From the IMG/VR virus record IMGVR_UViG_3300035180_001708: a DNA stretch of 64,000 nt; one strand, written 5' to 3'. How positions within the stretch are numbered: position 1 is the stretch's first letter; every line of letters starts with the position of its first letter. The notes under the pieces were generated by a model. That model saw nothing but the letters and a program-made list of their open reading frames with translations, searched no databases and was not told where the DNA came from. Position numbers and translations under genes: made by a program. Positions 48,817 to 59,265 of this stretch are shown piece after piece. The stretch comes from an uncultured virus (IMG/VR IMGVR_UViG_3300035180_001708) (taxonomy: Duplodnaviria > Heunggongvirae > Uroviricota > Caudoviricetes).

Positions 48817-49221
48817 ATGCCTGTTAAATACTTAGAGTTCTACACAAGACAGTTTGTTGCTTCAAACCAAGATGCATTTTTTGTCTTTGGTGATAATGAA
48901 GCTCGGTGCGGAATTCAAGGTCAAGCACGTGCATGTCGTGGTTTTATGAACACTATAGGTATTACCACTAAAAAGTTTCCAGGCAACAAAGCAGAAGACT
49001 ATTATGACAAAGAGTCTTTTCATGCCTGGTACAATTTCAATCAAACGGCTTTGCAGAGAATTGCTGACTTGTTGTGGATCAATAAGGCGGTAGTTTATTT
49101 TCCAAAAGACGGCATCGGTACAGGGTTTGCGCAGTTGGCTCAACGTTGTCCCGAAATACTACAGTTTATCAAACGTTGGACAGTAGGAATGGAACAGGTA
49201 GGAGAAGCTGGAAATGTTTAA
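48817..49221 (+). CDS. Conserved-looking phage protein with FVFGDN...GQA...IGITTK motif
   Basis: Motif recognition only; possible nucleotide/ADP-ribose-handling fold. Confidence 0.6.
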   Translation: MPVKYLEFYTRQFVASNQDAFFVFGDNEARCGIQGQARACRGFMNTIGITTKKFPGNKAEDYYDKESFHAWYNFNQTALQRIADLLWINKAVVYFPKDGIGTGFAQLAQRCPEILQFIKRWTVGMEQVGEAGNV

Positions 49222-49444
49222 ACACACCTGCGAGTACAAGGATTGCTGCAAGTTTTTGAAAACTACCAACAGGTATGATATTTATATCACAGCTGGTGGT
49301 GAAGCAGTCTTGATGAGATACTCTGACGAACCTGATGGTTTTTTCTTGTTCTCTCTGAAAAGGTGCGAAGAAAGCTCTGACCCTAGTTTAGTTTATGCAG
49401 CAAAGTTAGTAATGGAATTTAAACAAGAAATTACTCTACATTAA
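49214..49444 (+). CDS. Hypothetical protein
   Basis: Coupled ORF. Confidence 0.5.
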   Translation: MFKHTCEYKDCCKFLKTTNRYDIYITAGGEAVLMRYSDEPDGFFLFSLKRCEESSDPSLVYAAKLVMEFKQEITLH

Positions 49445-49453
49445 GGAGAGTCA

Positions 49454-51139
49454 ATGGGGCGTATTGTAAAGCGAAATCAACCATGCCTGCGGTGCAAGTC
49501 TTCAGACGCATTGCAGGTTTTTGAGGATGGTGGAGCTAAATGTTTTTCTTGCGGAGCTGCATTCAATTTTGAAAAAGAGTATGCAGCTAAGAATGGTACT
49601 GCTGTACAGTGGAAAGAAGATAATTTCCGGCGTAACCATTTTAAAAAAGAGCTGACAATCGAGGACATCTTGTCTTTGCCCGAAAGGGGTATCAAGGATA
49701 GACTGATCACCAGAGAAGTTGCTAAGTTTTTTGGTGTTCGGGCCAGCTACTTGCCTGATGGGACGGTTGAACGGTTTTATTTTCCCTTTACAAAGCAAGG
49801 AACCAACGAAATTGTTGGTTTCAAGATGAAAAATCCAGCTGAGAAGCACGATATGCTAACAATGGGTTCACCTAAAAACCTGTTTGGCATCGAGCATTTT
49901 CTCAATGGAGGTAAGCGTATTGTCCTGACAGAGGGGGAAGAAGATACCCTTGCTGTTGCCCAGATGTCAATGAACCAGTACAACACTATTTACCCTGTTG
50001 CGTCCATGGGTGGTGTTAATCAATTAAGTTACCTTCTTGATAACCGTGATATTCTAAGGAAGTTTGACGAGATTGTAATCTGGTTTGATGCTGATGAGCA
50101 AGGAATCAAGGCCTCAACAGAAGCAGCTAAAATCCTAGGAGCAGACAAGTGTAAGATTGTTTCTTCAAATGAGAAAGATGCTTGCGACACTCTTCGCAAG
50201 TTTGGCTCAGACTCTAAGGCTGGTTGGCGCTATATTTGGGATGCAAAACCATACAGTCCTGCGGGTATTGTTCACGGAGAAGATACTTGGGCTAAGTATC
50301 AAGAATTCAAAAACCTAAAGTTTATTCCTTGGCCACCTTTCCTGACAAAACTAGGTCGAATGACCTATGGTCGAGCGTTGAAGACAATCACCTTGTTTGC
50401 TGCAGGAACTGGTGTTGGTAAGTCAACTCTTTTGCGAGAAGATTTTATTCACCTGTTAGAAACAACCGACTACAAGATTGGTTGTATCTTTCTGGAAGAA
50501 GACGTAGGTGAGACTACTGCTGCTATAATGGGTATGCATCTTAACCGGCGATTAGGGCTCCCAGGAGTAGAGATAACCCCGGAGGAAGAGCTAGAAGCTT
50601 GGCAAGCCACAATTGGCCAGCCTGGTCGTGTGATGCTGCTTGACCACCAAGGCTCTGTGTCTGATGGTTCCTTGATTGACAAAATCGAGTTCATGGCCTT
50701 GTCTGGTTGTCGTTGTATTTACCTCGACCACATCACAATTGCAGTGAGTGATACAGAAGACACGAATGTTAACACAGCCATTGATAAGTTCATGTCAGAG
50801 CTGTTGAAACTTGTAAAGAGACACGAAGTTTGGATTGGTGTTGTTTCCCACTTGCGTAAGGTGAAGTCAGGCGAAGATTCTTTTGAAACGGGTGCTCCAA
50901 TTAGTGAAGATGATCTCAAAGGATCAGGTTCCTTGAAACAAATTAGTTTTCAGACCATTGCCTTGTCGCGTAACAAAATGTCTGAGAACGAAGCGGTTAG
51001 GCATAGAACAGATCTTTACCTGTTGAAAGATCGAAAGACAGGTGAAACAGGCCCTGCTGGTGCCTACAGCTTTGTGGGATCAACAGGACGATTGAAAGAA
51101 GCGGTTGTAACAGAACAGGAGTTTGAGTTTATAAATTGA
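49454..51139 (+). CDS. Primase-helicase (T7 gp4-like)
   Basis: Zn finger CLRC...CFSC, TOPRIM TEGEED / FDADEQG, Walker A AGTGVGKST, LDHI, VVSHL, LKGSG. Confidence 0.95.
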   Translation: MGRIVKRNQPCLRCKSSDALQVFEDGGAKCFSCGAAFNFEKEYAAKNGTAVQWKEDNFRRNHFKKELTIEDILSLPERGIKDRLITREVAKFFGVRASYLPDGTVERFYFPFTKQGTNEIVGFKMKNPAEKHDMLTMGSPKNLFGIEHFLNGGKRIVLTEGEEDTLAVAQMSMNQYNTIYPVASMGGVNQLSYLLDNRDILRKFDEIVIWFDADEQGIKASTEAAKILGADKCKIVSSNEKDACDTLRKFGSDSKAGWRYIWDAKPYSPAGIVHGEDTWAKYQEFKNLKFIPWPPFLTKLGRMTYGRALKTITLFAAGTGVGKSTLLREDFIHLLETTDYKIGCIFLEEDVGETTAAIMGMHLNRRLGLPGVEITPEEELEAWQATIGQPGRVMLLDHQGSVSDGSLIDKIEFMALSGCRCIYLDHITIAVSDTEDTNVNTAIDKFMSELLKLVKRHEVWIGVVSHLRKVKSGEDSFETGAPISEDDLKGSGSLKQISFQTIALSRNKMSENEAVRHRTDLYLLKDRKTGETGPAGAYSFVGSTGRLKEAVVTEQEFEFIN

Positions 51140-51579
51140 TTAGAGATCTTCAAAAAGTACAGGATTTTGACGAAGTAGTTCGTCTTGCAACTTCTTTTTA
51201 CCAAGAGCAAGAAACAAAGTTTACTCTTGATACAGACGGTATGCGGTTGCTGCTACAGCAAGCAATGATCCCTGAACTGTCAATCTATTTCTGTAAACTT
51301 CTCGAACACGAAGAAACTGTCCAAGGATTTATCTTTGGAGTGTTGGGTCGACCAGCTTACTTTAAAGAGGTTATTGCAGCCGAGCTGGCTTGGTACGTGG
51401 CTCCTGCTGCACGAGGCGGTCCGTCCTCTGTAAAGTTGCTTCGAGCTTTTGAAGACTGGGCAAAGTATCGTGGTGCAGACTACGTAGCCCTGTCGCACCT
51501 AGGTGACCCAATGATTGACAACTTGTACCAGCGTTATGGCTACGCTTTGAAAGAACATGTCTACGTAAAGGGAATGTGA
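51136..51579 (+). CDS. GNAT-family acetyltransferase
   Basis: ELAWYVAPAARGG...KLLRAFEDWAK.RGA...LYQRYGY. Confidence 0.85.
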   Translation: MIRDLQKVQDFDEVVRLATSFYQEQETKFTLDTDGMRLLLQQAMIPELSIYFCKLLEHEETVQGFIFGVLGRPAYFKEVIAAELAWYVAPAARGGPSSVKLLRAFEDWAKYRGADYVALSHLGDPMIDNLYQRYGYALKEHVYVKGM

Positions 51580-52100
51580 TGGCTCGCGAATGTTTTGTTA
51601 TCTCTGACACACACTTTGGTCACAAGAACATCTTGAAGTTTACAGGAGCAAATGATGAGTTGATTCGTCCTTTTGACTCTGTGGAAGAGATGGACGAACA
51701 CATGGTTGAACGATGGAATTCTGTGGTTGGAAAAGGAGACATTGTTTACCACCTTGGTGATGTCTTCATGGGCTCTAAAACCTCTTTCGACAAAGTCTGG
51801 TCGAGGTTGAAGGGTTCTAAGAACCTGGTCATTGGTAATCACGATGACATTCGCTACTTGTCTTCCGGGGGTTACTTCAAAGAAATCTGTATGTGGAAGA
51901 AGATGACCTACTTTGGTCTGTTGTTGACTCATGTTCCTGTTCATTTGTCAACAATACAGCACCCTGGCAAAGAACCTTGGGGTGTCAATGTTCATGGGCA
52001 TATCCATGAAAAACCTAGTCCAGCAGGCCCCTACTGCTGTGTTTCTGTTGAACAAGTTGGCTACGTGCCAGTAAGCATCGATCAACTTCGGGTGAAGTAA
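51576..52100 (+). CDS. Calcineurin-like metallophosphoesterase
   Basis: SDTHFGH, HLGD, GNHD, TH.P, HGHIH. Confidence 0.92.
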   Translation: MMARECFVISDTHFGHKNILKFTGANDELIRPFDSVEEMDEHMVERWNSVVGKGDIVYHLGDVFMGSKTSFDKVWSRLKGSKNLVIGNHDDIRYLSSGGYFKEICMWKKMTYFGLLLTHVPVHLSTIQHPGKEPWGVNVHGHIHEKPSPAGPYCCVSVEQVGYVPVSIDQLRVK

Positions 52101-52755
52101 TGCGAAAAGCTGACTACAATGACAAGGTTAAAAACTTAATAAAGGAAAACAAACATGAGTTTGGGCTAAGGATTTTTGCCATACATTGCTACTGCCACTG
52201 CTTCCAAGACTACGAGGTGTTGAACAATAGAAGCCTTACACAGTTGTGTGGGTTCTTGTATCGAAACTACGATAAACTTGAGGAGTCAGAGCTACAGCAA
52301 TGGCTGTTGAGAATAGATTTGATCCAGGGTAACACTCTGTTTATACCTGAAGACAAGTACCCTGTGTCTATTAGAAATCTAGCCAAGGTGGCATCGAGGT
52401 AATCATGGAAGACTACATGGTCTTGTCGGATAACTATATTGATTATCTGATTGGCACTTGCAACTACCGCAGGTTGGCTACCTTGTTGGCCTGTGACTCC
52501 TACGGTTATCTGTTCAATGATCGTAGGTTGTTGAACGATGCCTGTCTTGAAAAAATCAATTTCTTTCTGTATGATAATTACTGGGATATCCCTGGCTGCC
52601 CAGCAAAAAAACTTATAACCTCAGAGGCGTTATTGCAGGATTCTGTGGAGGGAGACTACCACCTGATTTTGTTCGAGAGTGATTTTCCATACTCTTTGGC
52701 AAATCAGTACTACGAGCAAGTATATGCTCTCGACAACGATTTTTCTGACGTATAA
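52100..52755 (+). other. Two hypothetical CDSs (52100-52402, 52405-52755), possible LigA-Ia-like paralogs
   Basis: HCYCHCFQDYEVLNNRSLTQLCGFLYRNYDKL and DSYGYLFNDRRLLNDACLEKINFFLYDNYWDI. Confidence 0.5.
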
Positions 52756-52768
52756 CAAAAGGATTACT

Positions 52769-53755
52769 ATGGGACTATTCGACAAACAAACAGCTAGAAA
52801 ACCAAATCTCTACCCGGAAACAGAACAGTTCATTTCAGCTATGTGGACTGGCTTCTGGACTCCTAATGAGTTCTCCTTCAAATCCGATTACAATCAGTTC
52901 AAGAGTAATTTGAGCGAGCAAGAGCAAGGTATTGTTACCAGAACGCTCTCAGCAATTGGACAAATTGAAGTTGCAGTAAAGACTTTTTGGGCAAGGCTTG
53001 GGGATCATTTGCCCCACCCAAGCATCAAAGACCTTGGATACGTTATGGCTAACTCGGAGGTTGTTCACAACATTGCCTACGAGAAGCTACTGACTGTTCT
53101 CGGTCTTGAACGAATATTTGAAGAAAACCTGAAAGAAGGGGTTGTAGCAAGACGTGTAGACTACCTCCAGAAATACCTGGAAAAAGTCTACAAAGACAAT
53201 CGAAAACAATACATCTACGCTATCTGCCTCTTCACTTTGTTTGTGGAAAACGTTTCTCTGTTCAGCCAGTTCTACACTATTCTTCATTTCAATCGTTTTG
53301 ATAATGTCTTGAAGGATACGGCTCAACAAATTCAGTACACCAGAAACGAAGAAATGCTCCATGCTCAGGTAGGTATTTTTCTGATCAACAAGCTCAGAGA
53401 AGAGTATCCTGACTTGTTTGATCAAGAGCTGATGGAGAGAATTGTAAACGAATGCAAGTCAGCCTTTGAAGCAGAGTCGCAGGTCATTGACTGGATTCTC
53501 CAAGGCTACACAAACAAGTATTTGTCAGCACCAACGCTGAAAGCTTATATTAAACGCAGGCTTAATGACTCTCTAAACCAGATTGGTTTTGTTGGTGGGT
53601 TGGCCGAAACAGAGCAAGATTTGGCTCTGATTAAGACTACACTGTGGATGGAAGAAGAAACTCTCGGGGGTAATAAAACAGATTTCTTCCATAAACGTCC
53701 AGTAGATTACGCAAAAAACATTGGTGGGTTCGATTTGGAGGATCTCTTTGGCTAA
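52769..53755 (+). CDS. nrdB: Class I ribonucleotide reductase beta subunit
   Basis: FWTPNEF, EVVHNIAY, ENVSLFSQF, NEEMLH, DFFHKRPVDY. Confidence 0.93.
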   Translation: MGLFDKQTARKPNLYPETEQFISAMWTGFWTPNEFSFKSDYNQFKSNLSEQEQGIVTRTLSAIGQIEVAVKTFWARLGDHLPHPSIKDLGYVMANSEVVHNIAYEKLLTVLGLERIFEENLKEGVVARRVDYLQKYLEKVYKDNRKQYIYAICLFTLFVENVSLFSQFYTILHFNRFDNVLKDTAQQIQYTRNEEMLHAQVGIFLINKLREEYPDLFDQELMERIVNECKSAFEAESQVIDWILQGYTNKYLSAPTLKAYIKRRLNDSLNQIGFVGGLAETEQDLALIKTTLWMEEETLGGNKTDFFHKRPVDYAKNIGGFDLEDLFG

Positions 53756-55439
53756 TAAACTACAACCTTGGTATTGGGTAAATGAAGACACAGTAGACTT
53801 CATGTCACGAGGCTACCTTCTACCAGGAGAAACTGTGCAAGAACGTGTTCGGTCCATCGGGGATCGAGCAGAGTTTCTGCTAAAAGAAAGTTGCCTTAAT
53901 GCAGCAGATCGATCTCGTTTCAACGGCTACTCTGACAAATTCGTTGACTACATGGCAGCAGGCTACTACAGTCTTGCTAGCCCAATTTGGAGCAATTTTG
54001 GTAGGACTGGGCTCCCTATTTCTTGTAATGGTGTTTTTATTTCAGATACCATGGCTTCAATTCTTGAGAAGTTTTCTGAAATTGGCATGCAAACTAAGTA
54101 TGGTGCTGGCACTTCTGCCTATTTGGGAGCGATTCGCCCTAGGGGTTCTGCTATTACTGGCGCTGGTTTCGCTGATGGGCCGTTGAACTTTGCGGAAATT
54201 GGTCAAACAATTACATCGGTAATCAGTCAAGGTGCTGTGCGAAGAGGTAACCTTGCTGTATATCTTGATGTTGACCACCCTGACATTGAAGAGTGGTTGA
54301 CTATTCGTGAAGAAGGCTCTCCAATTCAAACTCTATCCTATGGTGTTTGTCTGAGTGACTCGTTCATGACTCGTGTCTCCAAACGAGAACGAGAAGCTTC
54401 GCTCCTGTGGCTTCGAATTCTTCGTAACCGAGCCGAGACAGGTTACCCCTACCTGTTCTTCTCCGACAACGCCAATCACGGGGCACCGCAAGTCTACAAA
54501 GACAAAGGTATGAGGATTTGGGCTTCAAACCTTTGCACTGAAATTATGTTGGCTTCCAGCGAAGACTCTAGCTTTGTTTGCGACCTTTCTTCAATGGACA
54601 TCTTCACCTGGGAAAACTGGCGGGAGATTCCTGACTCGGTGGAAGTGCTTGCCTTGCTACTTGATGCTGTTATGTCAGAATACATTACAAAAACTGACAA
54701 CATTAAGTTCATGGAGGCTTCCAATCGCTTTGCTCGTACACAGCGAGCTCTTGGCATCGGAACCCTTGGGTATCACTCCTACCTGCAGTCGATTAATGTT
54801 GCCTTTGAGTCTGAAGAAGCTCGAGCAGTCAACGAAGCAGTTCACTCTTGGATTTCAGACAAGGCGGCTGCAGCTACATCAATGATGGCTGAGCTGTTTG
54901 GTGAGCCTGAGCTGCTTGTAGGGACTGGAAACCGTAATGTAACCATGATGGCTATTGCTCCGACAACGAGCTCTAGTTTTATAAAGGGAGCAGTTTCTCC
55001 GTCAATTGAACCACTTCATTCAAACTATTTTACCAAGGATCTTGCCAAGGGGAAATACACTTACCGCAACCCTGAACTGAATCGGGTTCTGACTGCTCAT
55101 GTTCAAAACACCGAAGAAGTGTGGTCGTCAATTTTGGTTAGGAAAGGTTCTGTTCAACATCTTGACTTCTTGTCTAGTCATGAAAAAGATGTGTTTAAGA
55201 CCTTCGGTGAAATTTCTCAACTGGAAATTGTTATCCAGGCTGCAGATCGCCAAGGTTTCATTGACCAAGCTCAGTCACTCAATCTTATGATTCACCCGAA
55301 AACCCCTGTAAAGGATGTTTCGTCGCTGTATCTTACTGCTTGGCAACTTGGTCTAAAGTCTTTGTACTATCAACATTCAACCAACCCTGTTCAGGAGCTT
55401 GTTGCAAGTTTGGTCTCCTGCACTAGCTGTGAGGCTTAA
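53748..55439 (+). CDS. nrdA: Class I ribonucleotide reductase alpha subunit
   Basis: PISC, RRG, SNLCTEI, VCDL, AIAPT.SSS, KSLYY, C-terminal CTSCEA; TTG start after GGAGG. Confidence 0.95.
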   Translation: MANKLQPWYWVNEDTVDFMSRGYLLPGETVQERVRSIGDRAEFLLKESCLNAADRSRFNGYSDKFVDYMAAGYYSLASPIWSNFGRTGLPISCNGVFISDTMASILEKFSEIGMQTKYGAGTSAYLGAIRPRGSAITGAGFADGPLNFAEIGQTITSVISQGAVRRGNLAVYLDVDHPDIEEWLTIREEGSPIQTLSYGVCLSDSFMTRVSKREREASLLWLRILRNRAETGYPYLFFSDNANHGAPQVYKDKGMRIWASNLCTEIMLASSEDSSFVCDLSSMDIFTWENWREIPDSVEVLALLLDAVMSEYITKTDNIKFMEASNRFARTQRALGIGTLGYHSYLQSINVAFESEEARAVNEAVHSWISDKAAAATSMMAELFGEPELLVGTGNRNVTMMAIAPTTSSSFIKGAVSPSIEPLHSNYFTKDLAKGKYTYRNPELNRVLTAHVQNTEEVWSSILVRKGSVQHLDFLSSHEKDVFKTFGEISQLEIVIQAADRQGFIDQAQSLNLMIHPKTPVKDVSSLYLTAWQLGLKSLYYQHSTNPVQELVASLVSCTSCEA

Positions 55440-55669
55440 TGGAATCAATTTATATTAGGGTTGTTGGAAGAACAACTCCTGTTTGTGCATATTGTGAGTT
55501 GGCTAAAAAGCTCCTTGAGAGGAAAGGGCTAGCCTATGAGTTTGTTGAACTCGCAACTTCACCTGAATACCAGAACCTGTTTGCAGAGCTTGGTATCAGA
55601 ACTGTCCCTGCAATCTTTCTTGACTCAGAGTACCTAGGAGGCTACACTGAACTACTAGCCTATGTCTAA
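55439..55669 (+). CDS. Glutaredoxin
   Basis: CAYC, RTVPAIF, GGYTEL. Confidence 0.9.
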   Translation: MESIYIRVVGRTTPVCAYCELAKKLLERKGLAYEFVELATSPEYQNLFAELGIRTVPAIFLDSEYLGGYTELLAYV

Positions 55670-56693
55670 GCTAAAGGCCCAGATTACTGGGCTTTTTTCT
55701 CATTTTAGCAAAGAGGTTATCTTGGCTACCATTCAAGAGTACATTAACCAACACGAAGCTGGTGTGTTTGGAATCAAACAAAAGATTTCCAGTGTCAAGG
55801 CAAGTTTGCTGCCAGAGAAAGGAGAAATGTATCAAGGTGATGGTCCTTGTCATTATTTCTTGCTACCCGCTGCTCAGTCTATGGTAAGGAAGACAAAGAT
55901 TCTAGGGGTAGTCACCCACAGCACTAAAGACCTGTCAAACTATACTAGTATCGTAGCTTACTACGACTGGTTGTTGAACAGATCCTTGTTGAGGGATTGC
56001 TACATCACAAAAAAGGCAGAAGTAGCTGCTAAACACGGGGTGATTCAACGAATTGATCTTGAAGCAAACCTCTTCTTGCTTGCAGCACAGCTGGCCCGCT
56101 GGCCTTGGACTGAGTATGAGGTCTACGTAGAACCTTTTGACCGTCTCGTGAAAGATGGTTATAAGCTTCCTTGGTTGTTGCAGCTTGCCTTGGTTACGAG
56201 TGGCCAACTGTGCTTGTCTAACGATAAGCTCTATTGGGTTGCAGGAGCCCAAAGCCATACTAGCCATTCTTTGTTTGGCACAGGGACTTCCCATCATTTG
56301 CCTTGGTCTGTGCAGATGAACTACCTTGGGGGACTTAAGAATCTGTGTAGAAGTGAACTGCAACAAGGTTTTCAGGGTATCTCCTTTTTGAAGGGTAGAA
56401 AACTCTTTGGGATGGATAGTAGCATCTGTGTCAAAAACTGGGATGGCTACGCAACAAAACTTTTGCTTGGTGAGATCAACGGAGAGATTATTCCAGTCAG
56501 GGATTACCACGGCAAAAATCAAACCCGTGTAGGAGGTAGAACAGAAGAGATCGAACCGGCATACCAATACTTCTGGGAGCAAGCAGTTAGCCAGCTGCCT
56601 AGCTCCAACAAAGCCAGCATCTCTAAGATCTCGGTAGATCTTCCGTGGTTTGAAAACTTCGTGGCGAAAAACAACATAACAACTGGAATGTGA
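55662..56693 (+). CDS. Hypothetical protein leading the amidoligase cluster
   Basis: 343-aa coupled ORF. Confidence 0.65.
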   Translation: MSKLKAQITGLFSHFSKEVILATIQEYINQHEAGVFGIKQKISSVKASLLPEKGEMYQGDGPCHYFLLPAAQSMVRKTKILGVVTHSTKDLSNYTSIVAYYDWLLNRSLLRDCYITKKAEVAAKHGVIQRIDLEANLFLLAAQLARWPWTEYEVYVEPFDRLVKDGYKLPWLLQLALVTSGQLCLSNDKLYWVAGAQSHTSHSLFGTGTSHHLPWSVQMNYLGGLKNLCRSELQQGFQGISFLKGRKLFGMDSSICVKNWDGYATKLLLGEINGEIIPVRDYHGKNQTRVGGRTEEIEPAYQYFWEQAVSQLPSSNKASISKISVDLPWFENFVAKNNITTGM

Positions 56694-57310
56694 ACAAGAT
56701 GAAAACCTTTACAATGTCGCACCCTGACTTCAACGTTGCCAGCTGGGTTGAAGATGCTCTGGGTTGGAAACCTGCCAAGCAAGATGCAGGTGGCCCGCTC
56801 CCTGACTTTCTAATCCTTCCGGGAGGGGCTGATGTGAACCCCATTCTGTATGGAGAGAAAGCCCACCGTTTTACCTCCCCTGCCCCTTTGAACCGTGACT
56901 ACAATGAGTTTGAGTCAATTCTCCGCTACCGGCTGCAAGGTGTTCCAATGATCGGTATTTGCAGGGGAATGCAGATGCTTCATATTTCTACAGGAGGTCG
57001 TCTGACGCAGCACATAAACGACCACAAGGCCCGAGATCACCGAGTTGTTCTGGTCTCAGGAGCAAACCCGCTGAAGGATGAAGACTGGTACACCAACACT
57101 TACCACCATCAGCAAGTGCCTCTTGATGAGACTGCTCAGTATGACCTTGTCATGGGCGTTGTCGATGATCGTACCCATGTGGAGGTTATCCACAGCCAAC
57201 GATACAACTTCCTAGGGATGCAGTTTCACCCAGAGTATGACTCCAAGCTGACAGGGGAAACCTCGACCCTTGCCCGTGACCTCATTCTGAATTACTACGG
57301 AGAGAAGTGA
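56690..57310 (+). CDS. Class I glutamine amidotransferase / peptidase C26-like
   Basis: PGGADVNP..YG, GICRGMQ, HHQ, QFHPE. Confidence 0.92.
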   Translation: MNKMKTFTMSHPDFNVASWVEDALGWKPAKQDAGGPLPDFLILPGGADVNPILYGEKAHRFTSPAPLNRDYNEFESILRYRLQGVPMIGICRGMQMLHISTGGRLTQHINDHKARDHRVVLVSGANPLKDEDWYTNTYHHQQVPLDETAQYDLVMGVVDDRTHVEVIHSQRYNFLGMQFHPEYDSKLTGETSTLARDLILNYYGEK

Positions 57311-58417
57311 ATGTGTGGACTTGTAGGTATGGCAGGAACGGATCTGAGCAATAACATTGACTTGGAAACCTTCCGTTGGATGCTGAACTTTGACTCGACT
57401 CGCGGCGAAGACTCCACAGGTGTTGCTATCAAGCGGGTCAAGCTTTCAAACAATCGGGGTCGTGTTGACCTGCGGAAGACCGAAGGAGCTCCTGGTAACT
57501 TGTTTGCCAGGAACCCTGGTTTCTTCAACACCCTGGGTCGTATTGAAGCCCCTCTTGGTGAAAGAATCGAGTTTATCATTGGCCACAACCGGGCTGCCTC
57601 TGTCGGCGGGCCCGGTGTCATGAATGCTCACCCTTTCCGTCAGGGCAACATCGTGGGCGCTCACAATGGCACGATCAACCAAGGGTTGTTCCAGCTGCCC
57701 CATGTTCAGGGAGACTTGCAGGGAACCACTGACTCGGAAAAAATGTTCCATGCCTTGTCGAAGGACTGGCCGCTTCAAAAGGTTGTGAACACAGTCACAG
57801 GTGCTCTTGCTCTCACCTGGTATGACGATAAGACCAACACGATCAACCTTTACAGGAACAAAGAACGTCCGTTGTTCTTTGTCTTTGACCAACCCTATGG
57901 CAAGCTGGCCTGGGCGTCAGAAGAGTGGATGTTGAAGCTGGCAGCTCGCCAGGGCAAATGCACCTGGATCAAACCTGAGATGGTAACATCTCTCGACGAA
58001 AACAAACACTTGACCTTCAAGCTGTCAAAGACTACTGGCAGAATTGAGTCCATGACTGTTGAGGTTGTTGAGAAGGAGGTAGTTGCGGCAACCCCCGCAG
58101 CTGACAACTTTCAACAACGAGGCGCACTTACAGTCCCAGGAGTATCAAGACTGGTGGGACATGGCCGGGAGGTACCACATGCAGTAGTGCCTTTTCGTCG
58201 TCAAGGCTCCAAGAGACTCGGAATCGAAGACGGATGGTACATTCATAGTAGTCCTGTTACTGCTGCTCTTTTTGCTGATTTGTCTCATGGTGGGTGCGCC
58301 TGCTGTGGGGCCGATCTGAACTTTGAAGACTGCACAAACGGGAGAATCAAATGGGCAAACAAGCTGCTTCCTGTTTGCCATAGCTGCGCCCTTGAGTTTG
58401 AAATGTTGGAGTCGTGA
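57311..58417 (+). CDS. Class II (Ntn) glutamine amidotransferase with C-terminal Cys cluster
   Basis: MCGLVG, RGEDSTG, GHNRAAS, NAHPF, HNGTI, TDSE; C-term CACC...CHSC. Confidence 0.92.
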   Translation: MCGLVGMAGTDLSNNIDLETFRWMLNFDSTRGEDSTGVAIKRVKLSNNRGRVDLRKTEGAPGNLFARNPGFFNTLGRIEAPLGERIEFIIGHNRAASVGGPGVMNAHPFRQGNIVGAHNGTINQGLFQLPHVQGDLQGTTDSEKMFHALSKDWPLQKVVNTVTGALALTWYDDKTNTINLYRNKERPLFFVFDQPYGKLAWASEEWMLKLAARQGKCTWIKPEMVTSLDENKHLTFKLSKTTGRIESMTVEVVEKEVVAATPAADNFQQRGALTVPGVSRLVGHGREVPHAVVPFRRQGSKRLGIEDGWYIHSSPVTAALFADLSHGGCACCGADLNFEDCTNGRIKWANKLLPVCHSCALEFEMLES

Positions 58418-59265
58418 TGAAGCTGAACAAAGGTAGCCTTGAATTGATGTTGGGTTGTGACCCCGAGGTCTTTGTAAAAGACAGTTCGGGCAAGCATGTC
58501 AGTGCCCATGGCCTGATTCCTGGAACCAAGGACAACCCTCTCAAGGTGAAAGACGGGATGGTTCAGGTCGATGGTATGGCACTTGAGTTTGGGGTAGATC
58601 CTTGTGCCACTGAGGATGAGTTTGTCACTCGAATTTCCTCAGTCATGACGCAGTTGGCGTCTATGCTGCCGAAGGGTTACACGCTGGATGTTGTTCCGGT
58701 TGTGGTCTTCGATGAGACAATTATCCGAGCACAACCTCCCGAGGCTCTCGAGTTAGGTTGTGATCCCGATTACAACGCCTACACAAGGATGACAAACCCG
58801 AAACCGAACCTTACAGATCCTTGCATGCGGTCTGCGGGGGGTCATGTCCACTTTGGTTGGGGAAAGAATTTCAGACCCAATGGTGCGCATATCAATGCTT
58901 GTGCTGCTCTTGCAATCCAGCTGGACAACTTTCTAGGAGTTCCATCGCTTGGTTGGGATGACAACGCCTTGCGTCGTGCGCTCTACGGGGCTGCAGGAGC
59001 TTTCCGACCGAAGCCCTACGGAATGGAGTACCGTTCTCTCAGCAATCAATGGCTGTTGAAGGAGTCCACAACACGCTTTGTCTACCGCAGAGCGGTGGCG
59101 GCCTTTGCACAGCTGGCAATGAACAGCGAAAAAGCAACGTTGATGCCCAAGGTTGCGGCAATCAACAATCGTGCAGGCTACCAAGCGCAGGCTGTTATCA
59201 ACAACAACATGGCTGAAATTGGCGCAGCTATCTATGAGAAGGTTCGTCATGAAAATTCCCTTTAA
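58414..59265 (+). CDS. phiEco32-like COOH-NH2 ligase type 2
   Basis: LGCDPEVF, IPGTKDNP, QVDGMALEF, GCDPD, GGHVHFG, YGMEYRSLSNQW. Confidence 0.92.
   Translation: MMKLNKGSLELMLGCDPEVFVKDSSGKHVSAHGLIPGTKDNPLKVKDGMVQVDGMALEFGVDPCATEDEFVTRISSVMTQLASMLPKGYTLDVVPVVVFDETIIRAQPPEALELGCDPDYNAYTRMTNPKPNLTDPCMRSAGGHVHFGWGKNFRPNGAHINACAALAIQLDNFLGVPSLGWDDNALRRALYGAAGAFRPKPYGMEYRSLSNQWLLKESTTRFVYRRAVAAFAQLAMNSEKATLMPKVAAINNRAGYQAQAVINNNMAEIGAAIYEKVRHENSL

Noticed and set aside
45228..55439. Introns or inteins in PolA, primase-helicase or RNR
   Set aside because: ORFs are continuous with ordinary lengths and no intein or homing-endonuclease insertions
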